Virus record (IMG/VR): IMGVR_UViG_3300002124_000003
Location: 1 to 54,008 of that record
DNA from: a virus
Taxonomy: Duplodnaviria > Caudoviricetes
DNA: 54,008 nucleotides
Reading direction: 5' to 3' (one strand)
Of this stretch, positions 44,684 to 54,008 are shown piece by piece. The position numbers and the translations under genes are program-made. Under the pieces are notes generated by a model, which was not told the origin of the DNA, searched no databases, and saw only the letters and a list, made by a program, of their open reading frames with translations. Numbering within the stretch: the stretch's first letter is position 1; the number at the start of each line of letters is the position of its first letter.

Positions 44684-46285
44684 CTATGACAGTGGGTCTC
44701 TTAATCTCGTGACCGTGAATGAGCATTCTGCGACAAACAAATCCACGTCGGAATCGTTCACGATTGTCAGCCCTACCCCGCTGACGTTATCCAGATTGCC
44801 ATGAAAATTGACCGTGAGCAGATACTGATTGCCCGGTGTACCGCTGCCGGTTTCACCAGGCAGCACATACCACAGGCCCACCGCATTAACGGCATAGGTA
44901 TAGCCATTTATCGGTGTGTAGTTCAATCGTAAGTAAACGCGCCCGCCAGCGGTCGCCGTGCCATCATAAGTCCCGGCGACAACCCCTGTGATCAGATACA
45001 TGCCATCGCTGGGAAGAGCAACGGTATAAGCATCACTGCCCAAATCGACGTAATTCGAGGTATCGTATACCTCAACGGCAAAATCGAGTGATGTTACCCC
45101 ACCGGAGGCTGTGACCAGGGTTTCTGTATCCGGGCCTTGCACCTCACACCCCGAAACAATGCTGCCGCCGCCCGCCTGTGTTGTTTCAACCCACACCGCA
45201 GCGCCGACGGTGTCGTCCAGACAGAGGTAAGCCTTATCGGCAGTTACATCGATCCAGACCGATCCCACCGCGTAGCCCGCGCTGCTGTCGTCGTTGACGG
45301 TCGGGGCGGCGCTGGCGGCCAGATTGCTCTTGAGGCTGGTAATCACACCGGTGCTGGTCGTGACCTGCATAGCCCCGGTCGCCAGCGTTGAAAGCGCCTG
45401 CTCATTGGTTAATCCGCCGCTGGCGGTCTGGGTGATATAGGTCGCATCCACTGGCGCGCCGCCAGCGGCTCCCGTACCCTCATCCGGCGCGATGTAAATA
45501 TCCTGGTCGGTAATGACCTGCTGGTTGTAGTACAGCTTGACCCAGCCGTAGTGTTTGAGCGTGGCGTCCGTGCCTGCCGGATAGTTGGCGAACACGCTGG
45601 CATGATCGACCGCCCCGCTTTCAGCATCTCTTGAGGTATCCGTAAAGGCGCTTCCGGCGGTGTAGATGATGCTGCCATCGGTTGGGTCACGCTCGATTTG
45701 AAGCGATAGTCCCTGCCCTAGTGTTAAACTACCCCCGTAGGTAGCAATTAACCCGTTAGCTTTCAGTTCCTGAATATCGTACCATGTGCTGCCCAGTGGA
45801 TAGCGCGCCCCGGCTAACACAATGCCATCCGACGGCGGGTCGGTAGGGCGAATGATGCCCCAGTTCACGTCCGGGCGCTCGACCACTTCGTGCCGGTAGA
45901 CTTGCGCGCCCTCGCCGTAGTTCTCCCCGGACATGGTCACGCCCACCACCTGCCAGCGCCCGCGCTTGCGGCGCACCTCGACTTCGGTGTTGTAAATGAC
46001 GCGCCCGGCGGGAATGACGCCGGTGGGCAGAAAACCTAAGAAAGTGGACGGGGGCGCATCGTCGCGCTGGGTATCGGCGTTGTCGATCAGCGGAAACTCG
46101 CCCGACACCTCATGCAGATACACCTGCCCGGCATAATCGCGGGTGTCCCGATCCACGTAAATCTCCCCCGTAAGCGGGTTGCCGAGCAGCATGGTCTCGG
46201 ACTCACGGATCGACGAATTGACGCCGCCGTGACTGTCAAAGATTAGCTTGCTCACTGCGCCTTCGGGAAGAATGTCGGTCATCAA
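44684..46285 (-). CDS. Tail fibre/baseplate protein
   Basis: APTVNDDSSAGYAVGSVW fibre motif; C1q-like C-terminus. Confidence 0.65.
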   Translation of the reverse strand: MMTDILPEGAVSKLIFDSHGGVNSSIRESETMLLGNPLTGEIYVDRDTRDYAGQVYLHEVSGEFPLIDNADTQRDDAPPSTFLGFLPTGVIPAGRVIYNTEVEVRRKRGRWQVVGVTMSGENYGEGAQVYRHEVVERPDVNWGIIRPTDPPSDGIVLAGARYPLGSTWYDIQELKANGLIATYGGSLTLGQGLSLQIERDPTDGSIIYTAGSAFTDTSRDAESGAVDHASVFANYPAGTDATLKHYGWVKLYYNQQVITDQDIYIAPDEGTGAAGGAPVDATYITQTASGGLTNEQALSTLATGAMQVTTSTGVITSLKSNLAASAAPTVNDDSSAGYAVGSVWIDVTADKAYLCLDDTVGAAVWVETTQAGGGSIVSGCEVQGPDTETLVTASGGVTSLDFAVEVYDTSNYVDLGSDAYTVALPSDGMYLITGVVAGTYDGTATAGGRVYLRLNYTPINGYTYAVNAVGLWYVLPGETGSGTPGNQYLLTVNFHGNLDNVSGVGLTIVNDSDVDLFVAECSFTVTRLRDPLS

Positions 46286-49200
46286 ATCGCTCCCAGCACC
46301 CCGGCCACGCCCTCAAAGCGGCCCATCGTCCCCAGGCGCGCGGGCCAATCACCGATCATGGCGTACAGCGTAATCCCGCCGTCCGGCGAAAAAGCCAGCC
46401 GGTCGTAGCCAAACAGGATCGCCGCGAACAACGAGCGTTTCGCGCCGACGTAACCGCCAATGGTGCGGCTCTTCGTCCAATTTGTCCCGCCGTTGGTGCT
46501 GAGCAGCAGCGACGGGTTATTGCCATCCTCGTCACAGGCGATACAGGTCACACTGTTACCGTAGGCCGCAATCCCGTAGTGATGGAAGGGCAGCAACTGG
46601 TAGCTCTGGCGTTTTGTGTAGGTCGGCCCGCCCAGCGCCAGCGTGTGCAGCGCCGAGTCACGCTCGAATTCGATCAGGTCGGCGTCGATGTCAATGTCAT
46701 CCACAAATACGTAACTTGTGCCTGTGCCCGCGCCGTCCGTCCAGTTCAGTTGGACGGTGACAGTGACAAACCAGGCTTGCTCGCTGCCAGACAGTCCCAG
46801 ATCCGCCGCCGTCACGGTGTAAGTGCTGTCGTTGATCGGGAAGGCATCGTCGATTTCGATGACCTTTTGTTTGATCGTTACCCCCTCAGCATCCGAGACG
46901 GTGACGTAAATCACACTGCTGCGATTGTCCAGCGTCCAACCGGCCAGGAAGGCTGTCCAGAAGGTCAGGCTATTAAAGGTATAGAACGCGTCTAAATCCA
47001 CGATGACATTCACGGCCACCGACGTGCCTGTGCCCTTGACCGTTGCACCGTAGGCCATGTCCGCCTGACTACCATAGGCCCCATCGGACGCCTCGCCGCT
47101 GCTGTTGAATCCACTGATGGTGTAATGCGTGTAGCCCCCGGCATCAAACGTCACGGCCTCCAGCGGGTCGGTTGGTTCCGGCGCGGCGCGTTTGAACAGC
47201 GGCACAATCGCGGACGTGGCCGCTGTGAGCGCCAGCGCGCCCGGTGCGACCGTAAAGTCGGTCGGGTTAGCGACCTGGCTAAAGGCCCCGCCGGTGGTGG
47301 CGGCGTGATACACAAAGTAAAGGTAGTGGTCATCGACATCCTGCGTGCCATCGCGGGCCACGACGACGGTATGCCCGCCCTGCACCGCCAGCCCCAGGCC
47401 GTTGGTCAGGAATTCGTCATCCGGTTCGGTCGTATAGCCCACTGCCCCACCTGACCAGGTGCTGCCCCCGTCATCGCTGCGCTGGACATACGTGCCGTCA
47501 CGGTTTTTCCAGCCCATGACCCAGAAGTCGGCGGTGTCTTCATCGATCACGATGCGCGCGGTGTACGGAAAGCTGTCGCCAGACCCGGACACGCCGGCAA
47601 AGGTCTCGACCAGTACCTGCGTGAGAGGATCGTTAATCAGGTTGGGGATGGAATACAGCGACAGCGCATCGGCGTCCTCGTCGTAGGTCAGCAGCACTTT
47701 CTCCAGCGGGTCCAGCGGGTCGGCAAAAAAGGCGCTGTTAGGGTTGAGCGTCGCGTCTACCACCTCGCCCGGCGCGGTCCCGCCCGCCAGAAACGAGTAG
47801 GCCGTGTGCGGCGTGCCCCAGTTGAGCGACAGCCCGGCGCGCCGGGCGGAATTCCAGGCGACCATCGCCGCGATGTCCAGCCCCAAGTCCGGGATCTTAT
47901 CCTGGTAGGGCGCGAAATAGGCCGGGGCCGGTTTCGTCACCCAGATCCCGCCCGCCCCCGGATTGGTCGGCAGTTCGATGCCCGGATAGCCAAAGGTCTC
48001 CGGTTCGACTTCGACCGTGATACTTTTGCGCGCGGTGCGCGGCCCTGACCAACGCCGTCGCACCTGGGTCGGCAGAAAGCGGGTATTGACCCAGCCCTCC
48101 CCCAACGGGTCATAAGTCGCATTCAGGTTGGTGACATGCCATACGTCCAGGTCGCAGGGCTGCGCCACGTCCAGGTTGCCATTGACCTCAAATTCAAAGG
48201 GAGCCGTCTTCGCATTCTGGCGGGCGTGATGAAACCCGGTAATCTCATTGATTCGGGCCTGCCCCCCGCTGGCGGTGACGGTCGTATCGTCCATCGTGAT
48301 TTCGCCCCCGGCCTGCGAGCGCACGTATCCGGGGGCGAGGGAACGTCCGGCGCTGGACTGGGCGCTGCCGTCATTCCAGAACGCCCCGCCAAAGGTCTTG
48401 CCGGTTTGCGGGCGAAAGCGCAGCGGTTTCTCCAGCGGTGGGTGGATGTCGCCGGGCTGCCACGTCCATTGATCTGACAGCGCGTTACGGGTGGCCGTCG
48501 CCAGATACAGCGGGTTACGCACCATGCGCGTTGTGCCATCGGTGCGGCTGCCGACATTGCCCTCGCCGTCCATAAAGCTCATCAATTGTTCCAACTGGCC
48601 GCCCAGCGTCACGTCGCGGTCGAGATTATGCGCCTTGCGCCGCAGCAGCAGCAGGTAAGCATCGAAGTCGAGGTCGTGGCCGTTGATCAGGTAGGGCGCG
48701 TGCAGCGCCGACAGGTAGTAGAATGCGCCAACCGGGTTCGAGAGCAGCTTGGTAACTTCGGCCCAGTTGCCGGGCGTCTTTTTCTCTATAAGGATCTGTT
48801 TCTCAATCGGGATATGGCGTGCCATTTTGACGGGTGACTCAATCGTGACGGTCGTGCCGCGCAGCCCGCGCCCGGTCTGTGTGGCCCCTTCAGTGACATA
48901 GCCCAGGAAGCTGGTCGCCACGCCGTCGGGATCATCCAGATCGGCGGGCGTGTAGTAGGTGTTGGTCGCCGGGTTGCCCCAGCGCGGGCTTTCCGAGATG
49001 AGAAACAACTGCCCCGGATAGATGACGTTGCCGCTGATCATCTCGTCGAATTGCACAGTCAGAGTCAGCCCCTGCCGATCCTGTGTGCCGGAGATCTCGC
49101 CCATGCTGTAGGTGTAGTTCAGCGGGGGGAAGAGCGTCGGGTCATTGGCAAACAGGTAGCGGTAGGCGGTCGTCACCTTGCCTTTGCTGTCGGTGGCGGT

Positions 49201-49869
49201 ATAGGTGATTTCGTGGCAGCCCGGTTCGCAGTCAATCACCAACTGCGAGGCGCTGGCGCTGATCTGGGTCTGGCCGTCCAGTCCCCATACGTGCGAGGCG
49301 TAGGCGCGCCCCGACCAGTAATAGGGATCGACATCGAGGGTAAAGCGCGCCAGCCCGCCGGAACACCACCCCTGCTGGTGCGGGCCGAGGTTGATCAGCG
49401 GGGACGGGTCTTTAGTCTGCCCGGCAAAGGTTTCTGTCCAGTTCTTATAGAAAACGGATTTTCGGATGGATGACATTAAACCATAAGGCGGGCGAAACTT
49501 CACTATCGAGACATACACGTTGTCAGCGATTAACTGTTGAATGTCACGCACGAATATTCCAGGATCGCCGTTGTACTTCGGATCAAGTTGCAGCGAACCG
49601 GCGGCCACGTCCGCTCGCAATATCCCAGATGAAATGTCTGCCAAACCGGGTGCTGTGCCAATGAGTACCAGTCGGTTGCGCTTACCTTCAGTCAGCCAAT
49701 TGGCTGACGTACCATCCACTGTCAGGGCGGCGACGGGATAAAGAATAGTCGCTTGATTCACTTGAGCCGTTGCCACGATATTCAGCGGGACGGCATTGAC
49801 GGTCAGGCGCGCGGCCCAATCGTGATGCGGGCTGCGAATTTTTACGGCGTCGGCAGTGGAAAGGGCCAT
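46282..49869 (-). CDS. Central tail tip/hub protein
   Basis: 1195 aa; BNR-type motifs SDDGGSTW, STNGGTNW, SPDGG; located after tape measure and Dit-like genes. Confidence 0.7.
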   Translation of the reverse strand: MALSTADAVKIRSPHHDWAARLTVNAVPLNIVATAQVNQATILYPVAALTVDGTSANWLTEGKRNRLVLIGTAPGLADISSGILRADVAAGSLQLDPKYNGDPGIFVRDIQQLIADNVYVSIVKFRPPYGLMSSIRKSVFYKNWTETFAGQTKDPSPLINLGPHQQGWCSGGLARFTLDVDPYYWSGRAYASHVWGLDGQTQISASASQLVIDCEPGCHEITYTATDSKGKVTTAYRYLFANDPTLFPPLNYTYSMGEISGTQDRQGLTLTVQFDEMISGNVIYPGQLFLISESPRWGNPATNTYYTPADLDDPDGVATSFLGYVTEGATQTGRGLRGTTVTIESPVKMARHIPIEKQILIEKKTPGNWAEVTKLLSNPVGAFYYLSALHAPYLINGHDLDFDAYLLLLRRKAHNLDRDVTLGGQLEQLMSFMDGEGNVGSRTDGTTRMVRNPLYLATATRNALSDQWTWQPGDIHPPLEKPLRFRPQTGKTFGGAFWNDGSAQSSAGRSLAPGYVRSQAGGEITMDDTTVTASGGQARINEITGFHHARQNAKTAPFEFEVNGNLDVAQPCDLDVWHVTNLNATYDPLGEGWVNTRFLPTQVRRRWSGPRTARKSITVEVEPETFGYPGIELPTNPGAGGIWVTKPAPAYFAPYQDKIPDLGLDIAAMVAWNSARRAGLSLNWGTPHTAYSFLAGGTAPGEVVDATLNPNSAFFADPLDPLEKVLLTYDEDADALSLYSIPNLINDPLTQVLVETFAGVSGSGDSFPYTARIVIDEDTADFWVMGWKNRDGTYVQRSDDGGSTWSGGAVGYTTEPDDEFLTNGLGLAVQGGHTVVVARDGTQDVDDHYLYFVYHAATTGGAFSQVANPTDFTVAPGALALTAATSAIVPLFKRAAPEPTDPLEAVTFDAGGYTHYTISGFNSSGEASDGAYGSQADMAYGATVKGTGTSVAVNVIVDLDAFYTFNSLTFWTAFLAGWTLDNRSSVIYVTVSDAEGVTIKQKVIEIDDAFPINDSTYTVTAADLGLSGSEQAWFVTVTVQLNWTDGAGTGTSYVFVDDIDIDADLIEFERDSALHTLALGGPTYTKRQSYQLLPFHHYGIAAYGNSVTCIACDEDGNNPSLLLSTNGGTNWTKSRTIGGYVGAKRSLFAAILFGYDRLAFSPDGGITLYAMIGDWPARLGTMGRFEGVAGVLGAI

Positions 49870-49872
49870 AGG

Positions 49873-50271
49873 TCAGGCGTTCAGAAATTGCGAGACGATT
49901 TCCCACTGGGTAGGGCCAGGTCGCAGGGTCACGGCGTCCAGCAGGGTCGCAAATACGAAAGTTCCAGCCCCTTCGATGTCGGCGGCGTCTCCGTCCAGTG
50001 TGGCCGCATTCGCCCCGGCAACCCATTTGAAGGTGTACTGCTGCTGACCAGCACTTGCCAGCGCGGGCAAGGTGAGCGTCACGGTATTGTCGGTCGTATC
50101 GAGGCGCACATAATCATCATCCGTCGTAATCGTTCCTGTCGAGGCCGTGACGGTGCGCAAGTCGGCAATATAGGCCGACTCAATGATATTGCGGATTTCC
50201 TGCCCGGTCGTGCCGTTCGTGCCTCCGGTATCGACGGCGGCGCTCAATACACTGCGCAATCCCTGTGTCAT
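49873..50271 (-). CDS. Minor tail protein
   Basis: VTLTLP...QYTFK...DAADIEG fibre-type beta domain. Confidence 0.6.
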   Translation of the reverse strand: MTQGLRSVLSAAVDTGGTNGTTGQEIRNIIESAYIADLRTVTASTGTITTDDDYVRLDTTDNTVTLTLPALASAGQQQYTFKWVAGANAATLDGDAADIEGAGTFVFATLLDAVTLRPGPTQWEIVSQFLNA

Positions 50272-50338
50272 CGAAAACGGCGCGAGAAACCCCGGCCTTC
50301 AGGCCTGGGGAGGAATAGCGCCTTATCCTTTCACTTAT

Positions 50339-50367
50339 TTGACGATACGGACGATTTGTGCTATACT
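50339..50367 (+). promoter_or_regulatory. tnpB promoter (likely leaderless mRNA)
   Basis: TTGACG-17 bp-TATACT, with ATG 7 nt later. Confidence 0.75.
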
Positions 50368-50374
50368 TCTGAGT

Positions 50375-51496
50375 ATGAAACTAACTGCGACTGTGAAGCT
50401 CAAGCCGACACCAGAACAACGGCAACTTTTGTTTGAAACCCTGCAAACGGCGAATGCCGCCTGCAATGCCATCAGTGAGGTGATCTGGCGCGAAAAGGTC
50501 TGGTCGCAGTACAACGTTCACAAATTGGTGTACTATCCTATTCGTGAGCAATTTAACCTCACGGCGCAGCTTGTGATTCGCTGCATCAGCAAAGCGGTAG
50601 ACGCCTATAAAGTGGACAAGAAAACGAAGCGCCAATTCAAAAAGCACGGCAGCATCGCTTACGACAGCCGGGTACTGAACTACCGCATTCCCGACAGCGC
50701 GGTTTCGATCTGGCTGATGGGCGGGCGCGAAACGATTGACTTTGTGACCGGCGAACATCAACTGGCCTTGTTGCAGTACCAGCAGGGCGAAAGCGATCTG
50801 GTCTACCGCAAAGGCGAGTTCTACCTGTTTGCGACCTGCGAAGTGCCGGACGAAGTGCCGTTTGACCCGGACGGGTTCCTCGGTGTGGACTTGGGCGTTG
50901 TCAATATTGCAGTCGATAGCGACAGCGAAGTCCACAGCGCCAGCGCGGTCAACAACGTGCGGTTTCGTCACCGCCGCCTGCGAACCAGGTTGCAAAAGAA
51001 AAGCACACTTGGCACGCATCGCCGCCTGAAGAAATTGGCGGGTAAAGAGCAACGTTTCGCCAAACACGTGAACCATACGATCAGCAAGCACCTCGTAGCG
51101 AAGGCTCAAGGCACTGGACGCGGGATAGCGTTGGAAGAACTGACGCACATCCGCGACAGGATCACGGCTCGGAAGCCCCGACGCGCTATGTTGTCGAGTT
51201 GGTCGTTCCACCAGCTTCGCAGCTTTATCCAATACAAGGCGCAGCGTGCAGGCGTGCCGGTTACTGCGGTTGACCCGCGCAACACGTCGCGTACCTGCCC
51301 CGCCTGCGGTTGTGTGGATAAAGCCAATCGTCCTACTCAAAGTACCTTCTCCTGTGTTCAGTGTGGATGCGTCGGTCTCGCTGACCACTTCGCGGCGGTT
51401 GAAATATCCCGCCGGGCCGTTGTAAACCGGCCATACTGCTCGGATGCCCCGCAGAACCTTGCGGGCGCAGCGCCAGAGCAAAGCCCCCACCTTTAG
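50375..51496 (+). CDS. tnpB: RNA-guided endonuclease TnpB (373 aa)
   Basis: GVDLG, IALEEL, CPACG/CVQCG Zn finger, ADHFAA: RuvC D-E-D triad intact. Confidence 0.95.
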   Translation: MKLTATVKLKPTPEQRQLLFETLQTANAACNAISEVIWREKVWSQYNVHKLVYYPIREQFNLTAQLVIRCISKAVDAYKVDKKTKRQFKKHGSIAYDSRVLNYRIPDSAVSIWLMGGRETIDFVTGEHQLALLQYQQGESDLVYRKGEFYLFATCEVPDEVPFDPDGFLGVDLGVVNIAVDSDSEVHSASAVNNVRFRHRRLRTRLQKKSTLGTHRRLKKLAGKEQRFAKHVNHTISKHLVAKAQGTGRGIALEELTHIRDRITARKPRRAMLSSWSFHQLRSFIQYKAQRAGVPVTAVDPRNTSRTCPACGCVDKANRPTQSTFSCVQCGCVGLADHFAAVEISRRAVVNRPYCSDAPQNLAGAAPEQSPHL

Positions 51497-51530
51497 GTGT
51501 GGGGTCGTTTACGCCGGTATGCCTCCCAGA
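51330..51530 (+). ncRNA. Predicted omegaRNA/reRNA (5' end approximate); guide GCCGGTATGCCTCCCA...
   Basis: Established TnpB architecture: the scaffold overlaps the tnpB 3' end and RE, and the guide comes from the flank starting at 51513. Confidence 0.6.
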
Positions 51531-52015
51531 TTAAAGTCACTGTTGAAATCACTGTTGAAATCGCCCCCGCTGTCGGCCTCTACGCCCTCGTCGAAATCGA
51601 TCAGGCGCACAGCCTTGAGAAATTGCCCGCGCGGGCGACTTTCGCCGAAATCGACCGGCTCCAGAAAGTGCCCATTACCATTCAGACACACCCAGCCTCG
51701 TTTGGCGTTGTAAATGGCGATGGTGAGGACTTCGTTCGTGCCATCGGTCGGGAAGATCGTCGCCTGCACGTAATCGCTCATCAGCGGCGTGAGGGCTGCA
51801 AAGTACAGCGAACCATTCCAGTTTCCGATCTTGCGGATCGTGCCATCCAGCCCGCCTTCGGTGGTGGCGTCGAATTCGCGGAATAGCTCCGAAGGGGTGA
51901 CGATGAACCAGGGGTAGTTGCGCTGGTCGGTCTGGACAGGGAAGTTCTCCACATCGTAGGTATCGGTCATATCGCTGGCGTCCCACGTGCCCGCCCGGAT
52001 GCGAAACTTTGGCAT
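51509..52015 (-). CDS. Distal tail (Dit-like) protein
   Basis: Directly after the tape measure gene; ends DFNSDFNSDFN. Confidence 0.55.
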   Translation of the reverse strand: MPKFRIRAGTWDASDMTDTYDVENFPVQTDQRNYPWFIVTPSELFREFDATTEGGLDGTIRKIGNWNGSLYFAALTPLMSDYVQATIFPTDGTNEVLTIAIYNAKRGWVCLNGNGHFLEPVDFGESRPRGQFLKAVRLIDFDEGVEADSGGDFNSDFNSDFNLGGIPA

Positions 52016-54008
52016 TACATCGCTCCCCGGCGAGCCGCCGCAATTCCGTCACTGACTTCCATCGCAAAGTTATTCATGACCCTTCTCAACTGCGGTTCCG
52101 TAATCGCCCCCAGGTTAATATTGCTCAGGTTGATGACGATCCCGCCCGCGCCCGCGCCGCGCCCCAGACGTTCCAGAGCCGGGCCGATACCTTCGGATTT
52201 GCGGAACGGGATAAGCGCCTCCGCCATGCCAGGGCCGCTGTCGCCCGCGCGAATGAATGTGGGGCGGTCTACCACGCCACCGGAAGCGAACGCCGTCAGG
52301 GTGCGATAGCCGCTGGCTCCCAGGTCTTTCGAGCCAGCCGGGGTAGACAACGGCGCGTTGAGGGCCGCCGCCTGGTTGCGCAGGTTATTGATCTGGATCA
52401 GAAGACCCGTAAATAGCAGATTTTCGGCCACGCGCCGCTGCTCGATCTGCGCTAGCTGCTGCTGATGGGCGGCGTTGCGGCGCTGCTCCTGTATCCCGTC
52501 CAGCACGCTCTGGCGCTGGTCGGCGCGTTCGCGGGCAGCAAGTACGCCCTCAACTTCGGCATTGTAGGAGTCAATCGCGGCCTGCGTGCGGGTCGCAATC
52601 GCAGCGGTTTCGAGGGCAATCGCCTCGGCGGTCTTGGCTTCCTGCGCCGCCCGTTCCTTCTCAAACGAGACAATGGCGGCCCGGCTGCGTTCCTCCGCTT
52701 CGACGCGAATGTCGGCAATCCGTTCCTCTTTGGCCTGCTGCCGTTCGCGGCGTTCGTCGTCGAAATCCGCCTGACGCTGTGACCGGGCCTCGTTGAAATC
52801 TTCCTGTTCCCGACGCCCCTCCGTGCGCTGTTTCTGCTGGGCCTGAATGAAGGCGGCGGCATCGTTGGCAATTTCGGCGTCGAGCAGTTCCTGAGCGTTG
52901 TCTTCGCGGCGGCGCTTTTCTTCCTTGCGGAATTCCGCAATGTCGCGGGCCTCGTCTTTGCGAAACTCCCTGCCCCGCTTGAGTTCGTCGGCACGGAAGT
53001 CGTCGTTGACATCCGCAATCTTATCGCCCGCGCCGCTGGCAATATCCGCCAACTGCTCGTTGAGCCGGTCAAAGCGGTCGGCGATGCGATCCTTGCTGGC
53101 GGCGGCCAGATCCTCAATGCGCTGGTTGCCGTCATCCTCGATTTTGGCGAGCGTGTCCTGATGGCTGGCGGCGCGCGCCGCGTCTTCCAGCGCCCGATCT
53201 TCGGCCTGAAACTGGCCCGCCAACCGGGCATCTTCCGCGCGCTGTCGGTTGCTCTCGGTGAAGCTGTCTATCGTGTCCTGATACTGCTGCCGCAGCTGCT
53301 CGAATATCGGGCCCGCTTTCTTGAGTTGGTCATTGTACTCTTTTTGCAGGACGCCCACCCTGGCATCCGTCAGGGTTTTATTCAGTTCGCCGAGGATGAC
53401 CTCTTGCGCGGCGATTTTGGTATTGTAGTCCACAATGGCCGCTGTGGCTTCCTCAAACGGCCCTTTGGATAGGATGTCCGTCAGAGATTCGGCCATCACC
53501 CCGCCGATCAGCGTGCGCAAAAAGTCGGGGGCCTGCTGCGCCGCCAGACTCTGCGCTTCGATAGCCTGCTGTTCCAACCCCTTCGCGCGCTCAGCTTCCA
53601 GGCGCGTAAGTTCTCTGGTAGCCTCCTCAAAACGACTGACGATAGCCGCCGGATCATTTGAGGCAAGCAGCCCGGCGACCTCCCGCTGCGCAGCGGTAAT
53701 GCCCCGGATCAGATCCTCGATGGGCTTCAGGGTCTTCTGAAAGTTGTCTATCGCCAGTGCGATACCGGCCACCGCGACTGCCGCCAACCCGCCTGAAATC
53801 GCCAGATCCTTAAATGTCAGGCCCAGACGACCGGCCACTTCCGCAAAGCGACCTATAAAGTCGGTCGAGAACGGTGTGCCGGGGATCGGGAAACTCGGCA
53901 GACTGAGCCGCGCTTCACGGCCCAACGCTTGCAGGGCCGCACCGCGACTCCCGCCGATGCTGGTGCGGCTGCCCGCCGACGCCAGGACGCCCTCGATTTC
54001 GTCCTCAC
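52015..54008 (-). CDS. Tape measure protein, main part
   Basis: Long Ala/Glu/Arg helical region; AFASGGVVDRPT...GD.GP..AE..IP motif near the C-terminus. Confidence 0.9.
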   Translation of the reverse strand, partial: EDEIEGVLASAGSRTSIGGSRGAALQALGREARLSLPSFPIPGTPFSTDFIGRFAEVAGRLGLTFKDLAISGGLAAVAVAGIALAIDNFQKTLKPIEDLIRGITAAQREVAGLLASNDPAAIVSRFEEATRELTRLEAERAKGLEQQAIEAQSLAAQQAPDFLRTLIGGVMAESLTDILSKGPFEEATAAIVDYNTKIAAQEVILGELNKTLTDARVGVLQKEYNDQLKKAGPIFEQLRQQYQDTIDSFTESNRQRAEDARLAGQFQAEDRALEDAARAASHQDTLAKIEDDGNQRIEDLAAASKDRIADRFDRLNEQLADIASGAGDKIADVNDDFRADELKRGREFRKDEARDIAEFRKEEKRRREDNAQELLDAEIANDAAAFIQAQQKQRTEGRREQEDFNEARSQRQADFDDERRERQQAKEERIADIRVEAEERSRAAIVSFEKERAAQEAKTAEAIALETAAIATRTQAAIDSYNAEVEGVLAARERADQRQSVLDGIQEQRRNAAHQQQLAQIEQRRVAENLLFTGLLIQINNLRNQAAALNAPLSTPAGSKDLGASGYRTLTAFASGGVVDRPTFIRAGDSGPGMAEALIPFRKSEGIGPALERLGRGAGAGGIVINLSNINLGAITEPQLRRVMNNFAMEVSDGIAAARRGAM
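53935..54008. repeat. Terminal direct repeat (identical to 1-74)
   Basis: Exact match. Confidence 0.97.

Larger units (their letters stand above)
50272..51512 (+). mobile_element. Non-autonomous IS200/IS605-family element (tnpB only, IS1341-like)
   Basis: LE hairpin CCCCGGCCT-TC-AGGCCTGGGG with guide GAAA after target TCAT; RE hairpin with guide AAAG, ending TTAC; no target duplication; no tnpA. Confidence 0.9.

Noticed and set aside
40924-49869. Diversity-generating retroelement or invertible tail-fibre system
   Set aside because: No reverse transcriptase, TR/VR pair, invertase or inverted repeats seen.
50183-50374. 64-aa N-terminal extension of TnpB in the ORF track
   Set aside because: It starts outside the IS left end and upstream of the promoter; ATG 50375 gives a typical TnpB N-terminus.
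50381-51490. 369-aa ORF antisense to tnpB
   Set aside because: Antisense frames like this are common opposite tnpB; no independent evidence of coding.
50272-51512. IStron or nuclease-dead TldR
   Set aside because: Only about 100 bp precede tnpB, too little for a group I intron, and the RuvC acidic triad is intact.

Overview
This looks like a complete circular genome (about 53.9 kb; bases 1-74 repeat at 53935-54008) of a GC-rich tailed siphovirus-like phage. The host is possibly Chloroflexota (inference only). The minus strand carries the late genes: TerS/TerL, portal, minor head, scaffold, decoration, capsid, neck/tail genes, a tail chaperone with a -1 frameshift, a tape measure gene spanning the origin, and tail tip/fibre genes. 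It also carries a lysis block whose candidate endolysin is a GH-A-clan hydrolase with an SH3b domain. The plus strand carries the early arm: ERF recombinase, an iteron-containing initiator, a primase-polymerase/SF4 helicase, and a C5 methyltransferase with a nested out-of-frame subunit. No integrase is visible. A TnpB-only IS200/IS605 element sits exactly at an ATGA junction between two tail genes. The most unusual signals are: (1) a ~570-nt promoter-to-terminator, highly base-paired non-coding RNA with an embedded degenerate tRNA-like module (about 38289-37719, minus strand), plus several other structured intergenic RNAs; (2) a run of unrelated small early ORFs joined by a shared junction repeat; (3) a segment-swapped DnaB-type helicase C-terminus; (4) a Tat-signal gene resembling the phage's own decoration protein. 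All calls were made by eye; no searches or folding programs were run.
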